Shown here piece after piece: positions 10,085 through 19,493 of a stretch of DNA of 64,000 nt (position 1 is the first letter of the stretch; each line of letters begins with the position of its first letter). The notes under the pieces were generated by a model. The model did not search any database. It saw only the letters and a list, made by a program, of their open reading frames with translations, and was not told the DNA's origin. The position numbers and the translations under genes were made by a program. Source of the DNA: Candidatus Gastranaerophilales bacterium (GTDB lineage: Bacteria; Cyanobacteriota; Vampirovibrionia; Gastranaerophilales; Gastranaerophilaceae); assembly GCA_947589255.1 (NCBI GenBank), contig CANQAL010000001.1, positions 6,603 to 70,602 on the forward strand, read 5' to 3'.

Positions 10085-11053
10085 ATGAATATAGCAGGAT
10101 ATGTTTTTAAAAGAATATTGCAAACAATACCGTTATTATTTTTGGTATCTATAATCAGTTTTTTTCTGATAAGATTGGCACCTGTTGACCCTTTAGCGGA
10201 GTTAAGGTTAAATCCTTCGATAACGCAGGAAACACTTGATTATGAAGTTCAAAGGCTCGGGTTGGATAAACCCGTTATTGTTCAATACGGATTATGGCTT
10301 AAAAGCTTTGTAAAAGGAGATTTGGGTTATTGCACAACGGGAGAAAAAGTATCCGATAAACTGCTTGAAAGAATACCAAATACTCTTTTGCTTACTATTT
10401 TTGTTATTTTACTCACTTGGACTGTCGGTATTCCTTTGGGAATAGTAGCAGCACTCCATTGGCGAAAACCCATAGACAGAATTTTAACCGTATTATCAAG
10501 CATAGGAATGGCAATCCCGTCATTTTTCTTTGCACTGCTTCTTTTAATTTTTGCCGTTAAAACGGGGTGGTTCCCTACAGGCGGCCTTACAAGTTATAAT
10601 TATTCCGCTCTTTCGCCTATGGGTAAGGTTTTAGATGTTTTGCATCACTTGGTTTTACCTGTTATAGTTTTGTTTACAATATCATTATCCGGACTTCAAA
10701 GGCAGATGAGAGGTAATCTTCTTGATGTTTTACAGGCTGATTATGTTAAATTTGCCAGAGCAAAAGGACTAAGCGAAAATAAAGTTATTTATAAACATGC
10801 GCTTCGAAACGCAATTAATCCCATGGTTACTCTTTTAGGGTTTGAATTTGCTTCGTTATTAAGCGGGGCAGCATTGACAGAGTACGTATTTCAATATCCG
10901 GGGCTTGGAAGATTAATTCTGGAAGCTGTTATGAAATCTGATATTAATCTTGTTATGGCTTCTTTAATGATTGGTACAGTTATGCTTGTTATGGGCAATC
11001 TAATTGCCGATATCCTTTTGAAAATTGTTGACCCGAGAGTGGAGGCGGCATAA
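10085..11053 (+). CDS. peptide/nickel ABC transporter permease (OppB/DppB family)
   Basis: Typical N-terminus (ILQTIPLLFLVSIISFFLIRLAPVDP), EAA-loop region (DYVKFARAKGLSENKVIYKHALRNA) and 6 TM pattern. Confidence 0.85.
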   Translation: MNIAGYVFKRILQTIPLLFLVSIISFFLIRLAPVDPLAELRLNPSITQETLDYEVQRLGLDKPVIVQYGLWLKSFVKGDLGYCTTGEKVSDKLLERIPNTLLLTIFVILLTWTVGIPLGIVAALHWRKPIDRILTVLSSIGMAIPSFFFALLLLIFAVKTGWFPTGGLTSYNYSALSPMGKVLDVLHHLVLPVIVLFTISLSGLQRQMRGNLLDVLQADYVKFARAKGLSENKVIYKHALRNAINPMVTLLGFEFASLLSGAALTEYVFQYPGLGRLILEAVMKSDINLVMASLMIGTVMLVMGNLIADILLKIVDPRVEAA

Positions 11054-12150
11054 TGGCAAAGCTCCCTGAATTTAATGATAGTTTTAAAGATAATATTTTC
11101 AGAATAGTTATAAAAGATAAGTTTGCAAAATATGCTTTATTAATTTTAATGATTTTATACCTTGCCGTTTTGTTTGCATCTTTTATCTGTCCCTATTCAA
11201 AAGAGTATTCAAACAGAAATAAAGCATACTGCCCGCCCTCAAAAATATACATTATCAACGAGAAAGGCAAGTTGTCACTACCTTATACATATAATTATAT
11301 CCGTTTTTTTGACAAGGAAAATTTTGATACAAAATATATAGAAGACAGAAGTCAAAAGCATTTTATAAAATATTTCGCAAAAGGCTATAAGTATAAACTG
11401 CTAGGATTAATTCCTTTTGACAGACATTTTTATAATGTTGATGAAAATGGTGAGGTTTACCTTTTAGGCACTGATATTAACGGCAGGGATAATTTTTCAA
11501 GACTTTTATTCGGAGGAAGAATTTCCCTGACAATCGGGTTTCTTGCATTATTTATATCATTTCCTTTAGGTATGCTTTATGGCGGCATTTCGGGGTACTT
11601 TGGCGGAAAAATTGATTTTATTATGATGAGAATAGCTGAAGCTATTATGTCTATTCCGAGTTTTTATTTATTGATAATATTAGCTTCAATACTTCCCGCT
11701 AATATGACGAGTGTACAGAGATTTACACTTATAGTAGTTATTCTTGCCCTTATAGGCTGGGCAGGATTTTCAAGAGTTGTAAGGGGCATGGTTTTATCGG
11801 TTAAGAAAAAAGAGTTTGTTGTTGCCTCTGAAGCCATGGGGGCTTCTGCTTTAAGAACAATAATTAAACATATTCTGCCTCAGACATTAAGTTATGTTAT
11901 AGTTGCAATGACGTTAAGTGTTCCATCTTATATATTGTCGGAATCAGGTTTAAGTTTTTTAGGTTTAGGCATTCAGCAGCCTGATGCAAGCTGGGGAAAT
12001 ATGCTTAAAGAAGCACAGGAATTTATTAATATTGTTTCAAGACCTTGGCTTTTAACTCCCGGTTTTTTAATTTTTGTTGCGGTATTAGCTTTTAATTTAA
12101 TAGGTGATACAATTAGAGATGCGGTAGATCCCAATAGCAAAGAAAGATAA
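11053..12150 (+). CDS. peptide/nickel ABC transporter permease (OppC/DppC family)
   Basis: TAATG overlap with the upstream permease. Typical motifs GTDINGRDNFSRLLFGGRISL and EFVVASEAMGAS. Confidence 0.85.
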   Translation: MAKLPEFNDSFKDNIFRIVIKDKFAKYALLILMILYLAVLFASFICPYSKEYSNRNKAYCPPSKIYIINEKGKLSLPYTYNYIRFFDKENFDTKYIEDRSQKHFIKYFAKGYKYKLLGLIPFDRHFYNVDENGEVYLLGTDINGRDNFSRLLFGGRISLTIGFLALFISFPLGMLYGGISGYFGGKIDFIMMRIAEAIMSIPSFYLLIILASILPANMTSVQRFTLIVVILALIGWAGFSRVVRGMVLSVKKKEFVVASEAMGASALRTIIKHILPQTLSYVIVAMTLSVPSYILSESGLSFLGLGIQQPDASWGNMLKEAQEFINIVSRPWLLTPGFLIFVAVLAFNLIGDTIRDAVDPNSKER

Positions 12151-12155
12151 AACAA

Positions 12156-12869
12156 GTGAGAGATTTTTTAAATTATTTTTTAACAACTGATTTGGATATA
12201 TTAATCAGAATTCTGGTTTCCATAGTATTAGGTTCAATGATAGGATTTGAAAGAGAAATAACAAATAAGTCGGCGGGGCTTAGAACTCAAATTATGGTAT
12301 GCCTTGGTTCTTGTATATTTACAATACTTTCCATATACGGGTTTTCTACTGCCGTAACATTATATCCGCTTGGTGACCCCGCAAGAGTTGCAGCTCAAAT
12401 AATTACCGGTATCGGTTTTATTGGTGCAGGTACTGTTTTAAGACAAGGTCTGACCGTAACAGGCTTAACAACCGCTTCCACTTTATGGATAGTTGCTGCT
12501 ATCGGTATGGCATGCGGCTGCGGTAAAATTAGTATTGCCGTAATTTCAACGATCTTAGCTGTTGCCATTCTTGTTTTGATAAGAATTTTTGAAGTCAGAA
12601 TAATGCCTAAAAATCTTAAACATTTGAGGAAGGTTAAAATTTCTTTTATTTGTAAATATAGTGAATATGAAGAAGTTTATAAAAAATTTAACGAAATATT
12701 CCCCGAGGTTTTAGACTATAACCATAAAACAGTTGATGAAGAAGGGGACAGTTTAAAAATTAATGCTAAAGTATTCTGCAATGAAAAAAGTCCCGTTATG
12801 CATATTTATAAACAGCTTGATGATATGAAAACACTTAAATCGGTAAGTGTAAAGGAAATTTTTGAATAA
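12156..12869 (+). CDS. MgtC/SapB family membrane protein
   Basis: MgtC signature (GFEREITNKSAGLRTQIMVCLGS, GIGFIGAGTVLR) plus a C-terminal soluble ACT-like domain. GTG start 6 nt after the permease stop. Confidence 0.8.
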   Translation: MRDFLNYFLTTDLDILIRILVSIVLGSMIGFEREITNKSAGLRTQIMVCLGSCIFTILSIYGFSTAVTLYPLGDPARVAAQIITGIGFIGAGTVLRQGLTVTGLTTASTLWIVAAIGMACGCGKISIAVISTILAVAILVLIRIFEVRIMPKNLKHLRKVKISFICKYSEYEEVYKKFNEIFPEVLDYNHKTVDEEGDSLKINAKVFCNEKSPVMHIYKQLDDMKTLKSVSVKEIFE

Positions 12870-12918
12870 TTGTTTTTAGTTTAAAAAAAATGATATAATT
12901 ATTATGGTTTAATGAAGT

Positions 12919-13746
12919 ATGCAAAAGACAGAAAAATTATATTCGGATATACCGCCTACAAGGCTAAGAAACAGAAAAGAAAAATTCAGGAAAGCTCATA
13001 ATTTTGCTTTTTGGACTTGGCTTGCAGATAGAGTCTTTTTCAGAATGCTAAGCCACAGATTTTATGCACTCAGAATTAAAAATCTTGAGGCCTTTAAGGA
13101 AAGAAGAAACAAAAATTATCCTTCCATAATTTATGCTCCGCATATGAACTGGTGGGACGGTATTGTAGGATATAATCTTATGCGCCGTTCATTTAAAGTT
13201 ATCCCAAGAATGATGATTGAAGAAATGAACAGATTTCCTTTGTTTTCGTTTATCGGTGCATTCCCTGTCAATAAAGCATCTGCGCAGGAAGCAATTAAAT
13301 CTTTGAAATATATCGTTGAGGACTTAAATGACCCTAATATGGCTTTATGGATTTTCCCGCAGGGAATAGTAAGACCGCCAAATTATAGACCGATTGAATT
13401 TCAAACGGGACTTGTTTATGTCGCTCAAAATGTTGCTAAAAAATACGGAGGAGTTAATCTTATTCCCCTTGCCGTAAACTATACCTTCCTGCGTGAAGAC
13501 AGACCCGAATGCCTTGCTGAAGTCGGTGAACCTATTGTTCTTACCGCTGAAACTTCTAAATTTGACAGGCATGAATTTACCAAAAAAATCCAAAAAGAAT
13601 TTGAACTGCTTTGTGATGAACAGCTTCAAACCTTTTCCAAAGGGGAAGTTACAGGGTATGAATATGTCTTTAGGCAAGATTTACCCTGGAACAGAAAAAT
13701 TGAAAAAAAACTAAAAAATGTTGCAATGGAAAATGTTGAACAATAG
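12919..13746 (+). CDS. lysophospholipid (PlsC-like) acyltransferase
   Basis: HxxxxD acyltransferase motif (HMNWWD) and IFPQG motif. Confidence 0.6.
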   Translation: MQKTEKLYSDIPPTRLRNRKEKFRKAHNFAFWTWLADRVFFRMLSHRFYALRIKNLEAFKERRNKNYPSIIYAPHMNWWDGIVGYNLMRRSFKVIPRMMIEEMNRFPLFSFIGAFPVNKASAQEAIKSLKYIVEDLNDPNMALWIFPQGIVRPPNYRPIEFQTGLVYVAQNVAKKYGGVNLIPLAVNYTFLREDRPECLAEVGEPIVLTAETSKFDRHEFTKKIQKEFELLCDEQLQTFSKGEVTGYEYVFRQDLPWNRKIEKKLKNVAMENVEQ

Positions 13747-13828
13747 TTAATTTTATCTTTTTGTAACAATATTTTTTTTGATGGCAATTAATAAATATAA
13801 AAATACTTTATATTTATAGTAAGTAACA

Positions 13829-14020
13829 GTGGTAAATATGGAAAAAAGTAAAGAACTTGAATTAGATATTCAGTATCTTAAAAATGCATATTCTAAAAGT
13901 GTGCTTTTTTATGATACTTATATGCAAAAGCTTAAAAATAATAAGAAAGTGATTAATAAACGAAAAGATTTCATTCTGTCTCAGTTTAAAATTATTTTTA
14001 ATTGGGGCAGGCTATTGTGA
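13829..14020 (+). CDS. small hypothetical protein
   Basis: ORF only (likely start MEKSKELELD). No motif. It abuts the converging hpt stop. Confidence 0.2.
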   Translation: MVNMEKSKELELDIQYLKNAYSKSVLFYDTYMQKLKNNKKVINKRKDFILSQFKIIFNWGRLL

Positions 14021-14566
14021 TTATTCGGGGAAATATGCAATATACGGCAGATTTCTAAAGTAGCCTTTGTAATCCAAACCAAACCCGACCACAAATTTAT
14101 CATCAATTTCAAATCCGTATAAATCGGGTTCTATAGCTGTTTGCCTTGCGCATTTTTTATTTAATAAAGATACAAACATTAATTTTTTCGGATGATGTTT
14201 AATTTTAAATAAATCAGTTAAAAATCTTGCGGTTAATCCCGTGTCTATTATATCCTCCACTATTAAAACATTTTTATTTTCAAGATTGGGAAGAGTTAAA
14301 TCTATTGCCTGAAGATTATGCGAGGACTTTGTTTCGTTGCCGTAACTTGATATTCTTATAAATTCCATTTTTACAAGGTGTTTTAAATGTTTAACCAAAT
14401 CAGAACAGAATATAACAGACCCCTTTAAAACGCAGATTACATATAATTCTTCATCTATAGGGTATTCTTTTTCGATTTTTTCGGCCAATTCCTTTAATTT
14501 ATTTTTAATTTCATTTTCGGAAATTAATATTTTTAATTTATTTATATCCTTATCCAATTCAGTCAT
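14021..14566 (-). CDS. hpt: hypoxanthine phosphoribosyltransferase
   Basis: PRPP-binding motif VLIVEDIIDTGLT, about 180 aa, 8-nt overlap with tilS (classic tilS-hpt pair). Confidence 0.88.
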   Translation of the reverse strand: MTELDKDINKLKILISENEIKNKLKELAEKIEKEYPIDEELYVICVLKGSVIFCSDLVKHLKHLVKMEFIRISSYGNETKSSHNLQAIDLTLPNLENKNVLIVEDIIDTGLTARFLTDLFKIKHHPKKLMFVSLLNKKCARQTAIEPDLYGFEIDDKFVVGFGLDYKGYFRNLPYIAYFPE

Positions 14567-15920
14567 TTTTAATTATCTCCATGGTGAGTTTATAAGCAGG
14601 GATTCCGTTTGAACGAAGTTTTTCGCTCAACCCCGTTCCTATAGCCCACATTACTTCTTTGTCTTTGCATAATAAAATTATTTTATCTCTGTCGTGTTCA
14701 GGGATATTTTTATTTATAAAATACTTTTTCAATTTCATTTTACCCTGCATACCAAACGGCTGAATTATATCACCGTTTCTTCTTGTTCTTAAAATTAAAG
14801 GAAATTCAGGTGCGGGCAAATCTATGTATGCCATCGGAACATTTGCCTTTGGAAATTTTTCGGGCATTTCTTTATTTTCCGTTATAGTAAATTTATAAAT
14901 CCCGTTTAATACATATTCCCCGGGGGCTGTTATAATTATTTCTTCTTCAATTTTTTTATAATTATCAGAGTGAACAAAATATGTATATTTATGTGATACA
15001 AAAAGCCATAAATCGTTTGTTACGGAAAGAGTTTTACCTGTTTTGGATTTTTGGTTTTCAACTATAAAATTTATGATCTCCTGAATTTTTGTAAAACTCG
15101 GCTCCAGTTCGTTTTTTACCAAAAGTTTATATACAAAATGCTGTTTTATTGCTGAATTTAATATTAAAAAGTTTTGCGTAAGCCATTTATTTCCTATTGT
15201 AATTTGCTTTTCAATATTCGCCATAAGTTCATTTATAACTTTATTATTACCTGCAGCAATATCAGCAAGGGTTATTAGGGAGTTTTCAATATTAGGATTA
15301 ATTATTTTAATTGCAGGCATTATGTTGTGTCTTATATTATTTCTTGCGTATTTGGTATTACTGTTGCTTGTGTCGTTATTAGGATAAAGTTCATTTTTAA
15401 TGCAGTATTCTTCAATTTCTTTTCGCGAGAAATTTAAAATCGGACGTATTACTTTAAATCCGCCTAAGTCTCTTATCTCTTTAATACCTTCAAGCCCGTT
15501 TAATCCTGTTCCTTTAATAATACGGTATAAAATAGTTTCGGCATTATCGCTTTTTGTATGAGCGGTTAGTATAGCATCGGCTTCAAATTCTTCGGCACAT
15601 CGTTTGAAAAAATCGTAACGCATTTCTCTTGCCACAAGTTCTGAGGCTTTTACATCATCCGGCAAGGTGTCCGAGATAAAAGTTATATCATTTTCTTCGC
15701 AAAAAGCCAGACATCTTTCTTTTTCGGCCTCAGATTCCTTTCCTCTCCAATTATGGTTTAAATGTGCTGCAACAAGTAAAAATCCGTATTCGTGGGATAG
15801 TTTATTCATAATATCCAAAAGGCACATGGAATCCCAACCGCCTGAAAAACCTACTATCAAAGTCGTTTCACAGCTTATATTTATATATTTTTCTAATATA
15901 TTTTTTACTGTTTCCTTCAT
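14559..15920 (-). CDS. tilS: tRNA(Ile)-lysidine synthase
   Basis: PP-loop VGFSGGWDS, HLNHNWR motif, and C-terminal TilS domain. Confidence 0.9.
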   Translation of the reverse strand: MKETVKNILEKYINISCETTLIVGFSGGWDSMCLLDIMNKLSHEYGFLLVAAHLNHNWRGKESEAEKERCLAFCEENDITFISDTLPDDVKASELVAREMRYDFFKRCAEEFEADAILTAHTKSDNAETILYRIIKGTGLNGLEGIKEIRDLGGFKVIRPILNFSRKEIEEYCIKNELYPNNDTSNSNTKYARNNIRHNIMPAIKIINPNIENSLITLADIAAGNNKVINELMANIEKQITIGNKWLTQNFLILNSAIKQHFVYKLLVKNELEPSFTKIQEIINFIVENQKSKTGKTLSVTNDLWLFVSHKYTYFVHSDNYKKIEEEIIITAPGEYVLNGIYKFTITENKEMPEKFPKANVPMAYIDLPAPEFPLILRTRRNGDIIQPFGMQGKMKLKKYFINKNIPEHDRDKIILLCKDKEVMWAIGTGLSEKLRSNGIPAYKLTMEIIKND

Positions 15921-15940
15921 TCTTTTATTATAGCAGATTT

Positions 15941-17431
15941 TTATTTATCCTGATTAATATTATGTTCTTTATCATACTTTTGAAGGGCTTGTGCACATTT
16001 TGTTAAATCCCAAAATTTATTCTTTATATTAAACCAGCCTATAGGCAGGGCAATAGTATTTTGGGTGCCTTTAGGTATGTATAAATATTCTCTGAAACAC
16101 AAATTTCCGTCATTCATAGATGTATCATAATTTAACAGTAAGGTTTTTTGTTCATAACTGTCTGAAAATAATATACTCGTTGTTGAATAAAATCCGTGCC
16201 AGATGTACCTTCTTAAATTGGGATTAAAGAAATTTGATATTTCTTCGTGTTCGGATGGGATATATAATAAATCTTGGCATTTATTTAATTCGGATTTCAT
16301 ATATTGAATATTTTTATCCCAATAATATGTGTTAACCAGCTGCCATGCCGTCTGCACTATTCCGCACATTAATACAATACAAATATAATTTGATAATTTT
16401 ATATAATTTTGTTCTTTCTTTAAGAAATCCAATATACAAATAACTGTTAATATTATAGGGAGTATAATGCATGGGATTATTCTAAAGTGCTGTTCCCACA
16501 TTGGAACAACAGAAGTTTGGCTTGTTGTTATCAATCTGATAAAGCTGAAAATATAAATTAATATGATTAACAGTATTATTTTCTTTCCTGCAGGTTTTTT
16601 GCGGAATACAAAAATTAATAGCAATATCAGAGTTATTATACTTATTGAAAAGTTTAATTCCGTTATATGAGGAATAACATTAAGACCTTCCATTAAAAAC
16701 CTTTGAATTTCATTGTTTTCTCCGGGAACGTTTAGTGCATATATTAAATTAAATACGGCTGCACCAAGTGAGCCGATACCGATATAATACTTAACTGCTT
16801 TATTTTTTATATTTTCTTCTCTTTTGGCATATATTAATGCGCCAACAAAGAAAATAATTCCCAGAAAAATTATATATTCATATGTTCCAAACATTACCAA
16901 AATAAGCAAGGTAATTAGGGTTATGTCTTTTTTATTATAATTAATTTTTCCTGCCAAATAATTCCATAGTACGAAATTTAACATACTTCCCAAAATACTT
17001 TCAACAACGGAAAATATGGAAAAAGTAATATTAATTACGGAATATGAAAATAAAGACCAATAAAAAATATCAAGTCTTTGAGTCCTTTTTGAAAGATAAT
17101 AATTCCACCATAAAGCCAATAGAGGCAAAATAAACATTGAACAACTGAAAATCATCATTAATGCAAATTTATTATGCACTTGTAGAACCCAAAAGGCAAA
17201 TATAGAAGGTAATTCCAATAAAGCCATAATAAAAAATCTGGGATGAGACGGGTCAGAGGTAATTTTAAATATCCCTTTCGAATAACTGTTTAGTTGATCG
17301 AGCATATAATATGCTCCATCTTCATACATCCCCCGCATTGTTATGGTTGCATATATAACATGAATTATTGATATTATTATAAATATCCACATTAATATTT
17401 TATATTTTTTATTTTTTAAAAATTCTTCCAT
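15941..17431 (-). CDS. polytopic membrane protein of unknown function
   Basis: 496 aa, about 11 hydrophobic segments followed by a soluble C-terminal domain. No family motif recognised. Confidence 0.4.
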   Translation of the reverse strand: MEEFLKNKKYKILMWIFIIISIIHVIYATITMRGMYEDGAYYMLDQLNSYSKGIFKITSDPSHPRFFIMALLELPSIFAFWVLQVHNKFALMMIFSCSMFILPLLALWWNYYLSKRTQRLDIFYWSLFSYSVINITFSIFSVVESILGSMLNFVLWNYLAGKINYNKKDITLITLLILVMFGTYEYIIFLGIIFFVGALIYAKREENIKNKAVKYYIGIGSLGAAVFNLIYALNVPGENNEIQRFLMEGLNVIPHITELNFSISIITLILLLIFVFRKKPAGKKIILLIILIYIFSFIRLITTSQTSVVPMWEQHFRIIPCIILPIILTVICILDFLKKEQNYIKLSNYICIVLMCGIVQTAWQLVNTYYWDKNIQYMKSELNKCQDLLYIPSEHEEISNFFNPNLRRYIWHGFYSTTSILFSDSYEQKTLLLNYDTSMNDGNLCFREYLYIPKGTQNTIALPIGWFNIKNKFWDLTKCAQALQKYDKEHNINQDK

Positions 17432-17569
17432 TTTAATTCCTCTTTTTGCTTATTATATGTAAGAAAAATTTTATTTTTCAAGTTAAAAATTATTCAAAAG
17501 ATATATTCTGTTCGGGGATATTTCTTTTTTTATTTTAAAATAAACTGTTATGTGTCGAAAGGAGATATT

Positions 17570-17938
17570 ATGCTTTATAAAACACTTGAAACAGATGATT
17601 TAATTAATCTAAAAGAATCCGAAAGAGAAATTGTAGACTTATTGGAAAATAACGGAGCGCATTTAAAATTGGTTGCTTTAAAGAAAAATCAAATGCTTGA
17701 ACCGCATATGGCGCATACTAATGTTTGTATTTATATAACAGACGGCGAACTGGAAATTAACTTCCCCGTTAATGATACCTGTGCTTGTCAGGCTTGCGGA
17801 TGTGATTTACCTGATGAAGAAGATAAAGATAACAGAAAATATAAAATTAAAAAAGGTCAGATTTTCTTATTTGAAAAAGACGTTCTTCATTCGGTTAAAG
17901 CATTAAAAGATACAACTTTTCTGCTTATAAAAATTTAA
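17570..17938 (+). CDS. cupin-fold protein with Cys-rich insertion
   Basis: AAAGGAG RBS before the ATG at 17570. Cupin-like pattern (MLEPHMAHTNVCIYITDGELEI ... LHSVKA) with CACQACGC inserted between the strands. Confidence 0.45.
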   Translation: MLYKTLETDDLINLKESEREIVDLLENNGAHLKLVALKKNQMLEPHMAHTNVCIYITDGELEINFPVNDTCACQACGCDLPDEEDKDNRKYKIKKGQIFLFEKDVLHSVKALKDTTFLLIKI

Positions 17939-17947
17939 AAAAATGAA

Positions 17948-17977
17948 ACGAACTGTAAAAAACAGTTCGTTTTTTTT
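17948..17977 (+). terminator. rho-independent terminator of the cupin gene
   Basis: Stem ACGAACTGT / ACAGTTCGT (9 bp), A5 loop, followed by T7. Confidence 0.75.
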
Positions 17978-18004
17978 GAATAAATTCTCACTAAAGTTTA
18001 TAAT
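17976..18004 (+). promoter_or_regulatory. candidate sigma70-type promoter (TTGAAT-17 bp-TATAAT)
   Basis: -35 TTGAAT 17976-17981, 17-nt spacer, perfect -10 TATAAT 17999-18004. In an AT-rich genome this could arise by chance. Confidence 0.35.
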
Positions 18005-18110
18005 TATATTTATGTTGTCCGAACAAAATTTTACCATAAGCCACGAAGTGGTATTAGTAAAATTTTGAGAGTGGCATATTGAAAAGGTGAGCACTCGTAC
18101 AGCGACGAGG

Positions 18111-18140
18111 AGTCGGTGACAGAGTGCGACACTAGATTAA
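18111..18140 (+). repeat. GC-rich 30-nt dispersed element, copy 1 (AGTCGGTGACAGAGTGCGACACTAGATTAA)
   Basis: 29/30 identical to 41366-41395 and 24/30 to 30929-30958, all on the + strand and all intergenic. Confidence 0.85.
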
Positions 18141-18155
18141 TTTAAGGAAGTAAGT

Positions 18156-18863
18156 ATGAAAAAGATAGTTGAGAGTTTATTTATATTTGTGTTGTTTATT
18201 TTTGGAATTATGCTGCCTGTTGAGGCTATAGATACAGCGCAAAATCAAATAATTAATGATATGTATATACAAAATAAGGTAAGCGATATCGGTTTAAAGC
18301 TATTAAATGCCAATAAAATCGATGTAAGGATGATTTTTGTATATGAAAGTAAAAACAGTAAGATTAACTTAGAGCCGGGGCTTACCAAAAGGCAGATTAT
18401 AGCATATGAAAAATCCTTGCAGTTTGCATCAAACGATGATGAAATAGCTGCATTTCTCGCAAGGGAAATATGTAAAACAGCAGAGTCATATTCAGGTATT
18501 TGGAAGGGAATAGTTGCTTCCGTTCAGGTTAAATGCGCTCCTAAAAAATTTGAAATTTTCTTTGATAAAAGGGCTGTTGATTTTATGGTTAATGCAGGCT
18601 TTAACCCGCTTGGGCTTATTACATATATAAATAAATCATATCCTCAAAAAAGGTATGATAAGTTTGCAAGAACTAATTTAACCTCTAAAAGATTAGCTAA
18701 TATTTATGAATATATTTATACTAAATATCCGATTTATTTAAAAAACAATGAATATATTCAAAATGAAGCATATCAAAATTTTCTTTTAACCTCGGCATCT
18801 AACAGGAAAAAACTGTATGATAAAGTTAAATCAGGCTCAAAAAAGGCTGTTGATTATGAATAG
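18156..18863 (+). CDS. secreted M48-like protein lacking the HExxH motif
   Basis: Signal peptide. M48-like layout in which the HExxH position reads LAREICK, followed by VDFMVNAGFNPLGLITYINK (compare ADxxGxxxLxxAGYDPxG in M48 peptidases). Confidence 0.4.
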   Translation: MKKIVESLFIFVLFIFGIMLPVEAIDTAQNQIINDMYIQNKVSDIGLKLLNANKIDVRMIFVYESKNSKINLEPGLTKRQIIAYEKSLQFASNDDEIAAFLAREICKTAESYSGIWKGIVASVQVKCAPKKFEIFFDKRAVDFMVNAGFNPLGLITYINKSYPQKRYDKFARTNLTSKRLANIYEYIYTKYPIYLKNNEYIQNEAYQNFLLTSASNRKKLYDKVKSGSKKAVDYE

Positions 18864-19440
18864 AATTATATTTATCATAATATCTGTTCTTTTCTTTCAT
18901 CCTTTTGCTTTTGCCGATATTTCTGCCGATGAATATATGGATGAATTGTTAAAGGATGTTGAAATTTCAACTCCGATACAGAATTTAAACTATAATTATG
19001 AGTCTGTTGAAAAAATCCCGATAAGACTTAATATTACTGAAACAATTACAACTAAAAAGGATGGAATATATGATTTTCAGCCTTTAAAGTTTGTTGTGAA
19101 AGAAAATGTAAAATATAAAAATAAAGTTTTGATAAATAAAGGTGCAATAGTAAATGCGAATGTCGCAATCTATAATACAAAAGGCATGAACGGGATACCG
19201 GGGTGTATAATTATTGATAATTTTAATATAAACGGAATTGATAATAATAAATTGAAAGGGGTTTATATAAAAAAAGGGTTAAATTTATCATTAATGGTAT
19301 ACCCTATCAAATGGGCGCTGACACCAATTCCGGGGGTTGGGTCTTTAACTAATTTTATTTTTGGCGGAAATGCCAAAATTACTCCTAAAGATACAATTAT
19401 TATTTATTATTATCCAAAATGGAACGAAAAAATCCATTAA
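18856..19440 (+). CDS. secreted hypothetical protein
   Basis: ATG at 18856 overlaps the upstream stop. Signal peptide MNRIIFIIISVLFFHPFAFA. No family motif. Confidence 0.4.
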   Translation: MNRIIFIIISVLFFHPFAFADISADEYMDELLKDVEISTPIQNLNYNYESVEKIPIRLNITETITTKKDGIYDFQPLKFVVKENVKYKNKVLINKGAIVNANVAIYNTKGMNGIPGCIIIDNFNINGIDNNKLKGVYIKKGLNLSLMVYPIKWALTPIPGVGSLTNFIFGGNAKITPKDTIIIYYYPKWNEKIH

Positions 19441-19493
19441 GGTAATTGATTTATTTTTCAATTATAATAATAAATATAAAAAAGGAGAAAACC

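Noticed and set aside
17903-18094. A 63-aa minus-strand ORF spanning the cupin 3' end, its terminator and the GC-rich leader.
   Set aside because: It runs through a terminator hairpin and a promoter-like region, and has no RBS and no motif. The region is better explained as non-coding leader or RNA.
18111-18140. The 30-nt element as a tRNA 5' half (a D-arm-like GTCG...CGAC followed by a CTAGA stem start), or as a group II intron 5' end (GTGCG).
   Set aside because: There is no acceptor stem, no complementary anticodon-stem 3' strand and no T-arm. Copy 2 breaks the putative D-stem. Sequence conservation ends within about 10 nt after GTGCG, and no intron domains or ORF follow. I found no tRNA gene anywhere in the window by eye.
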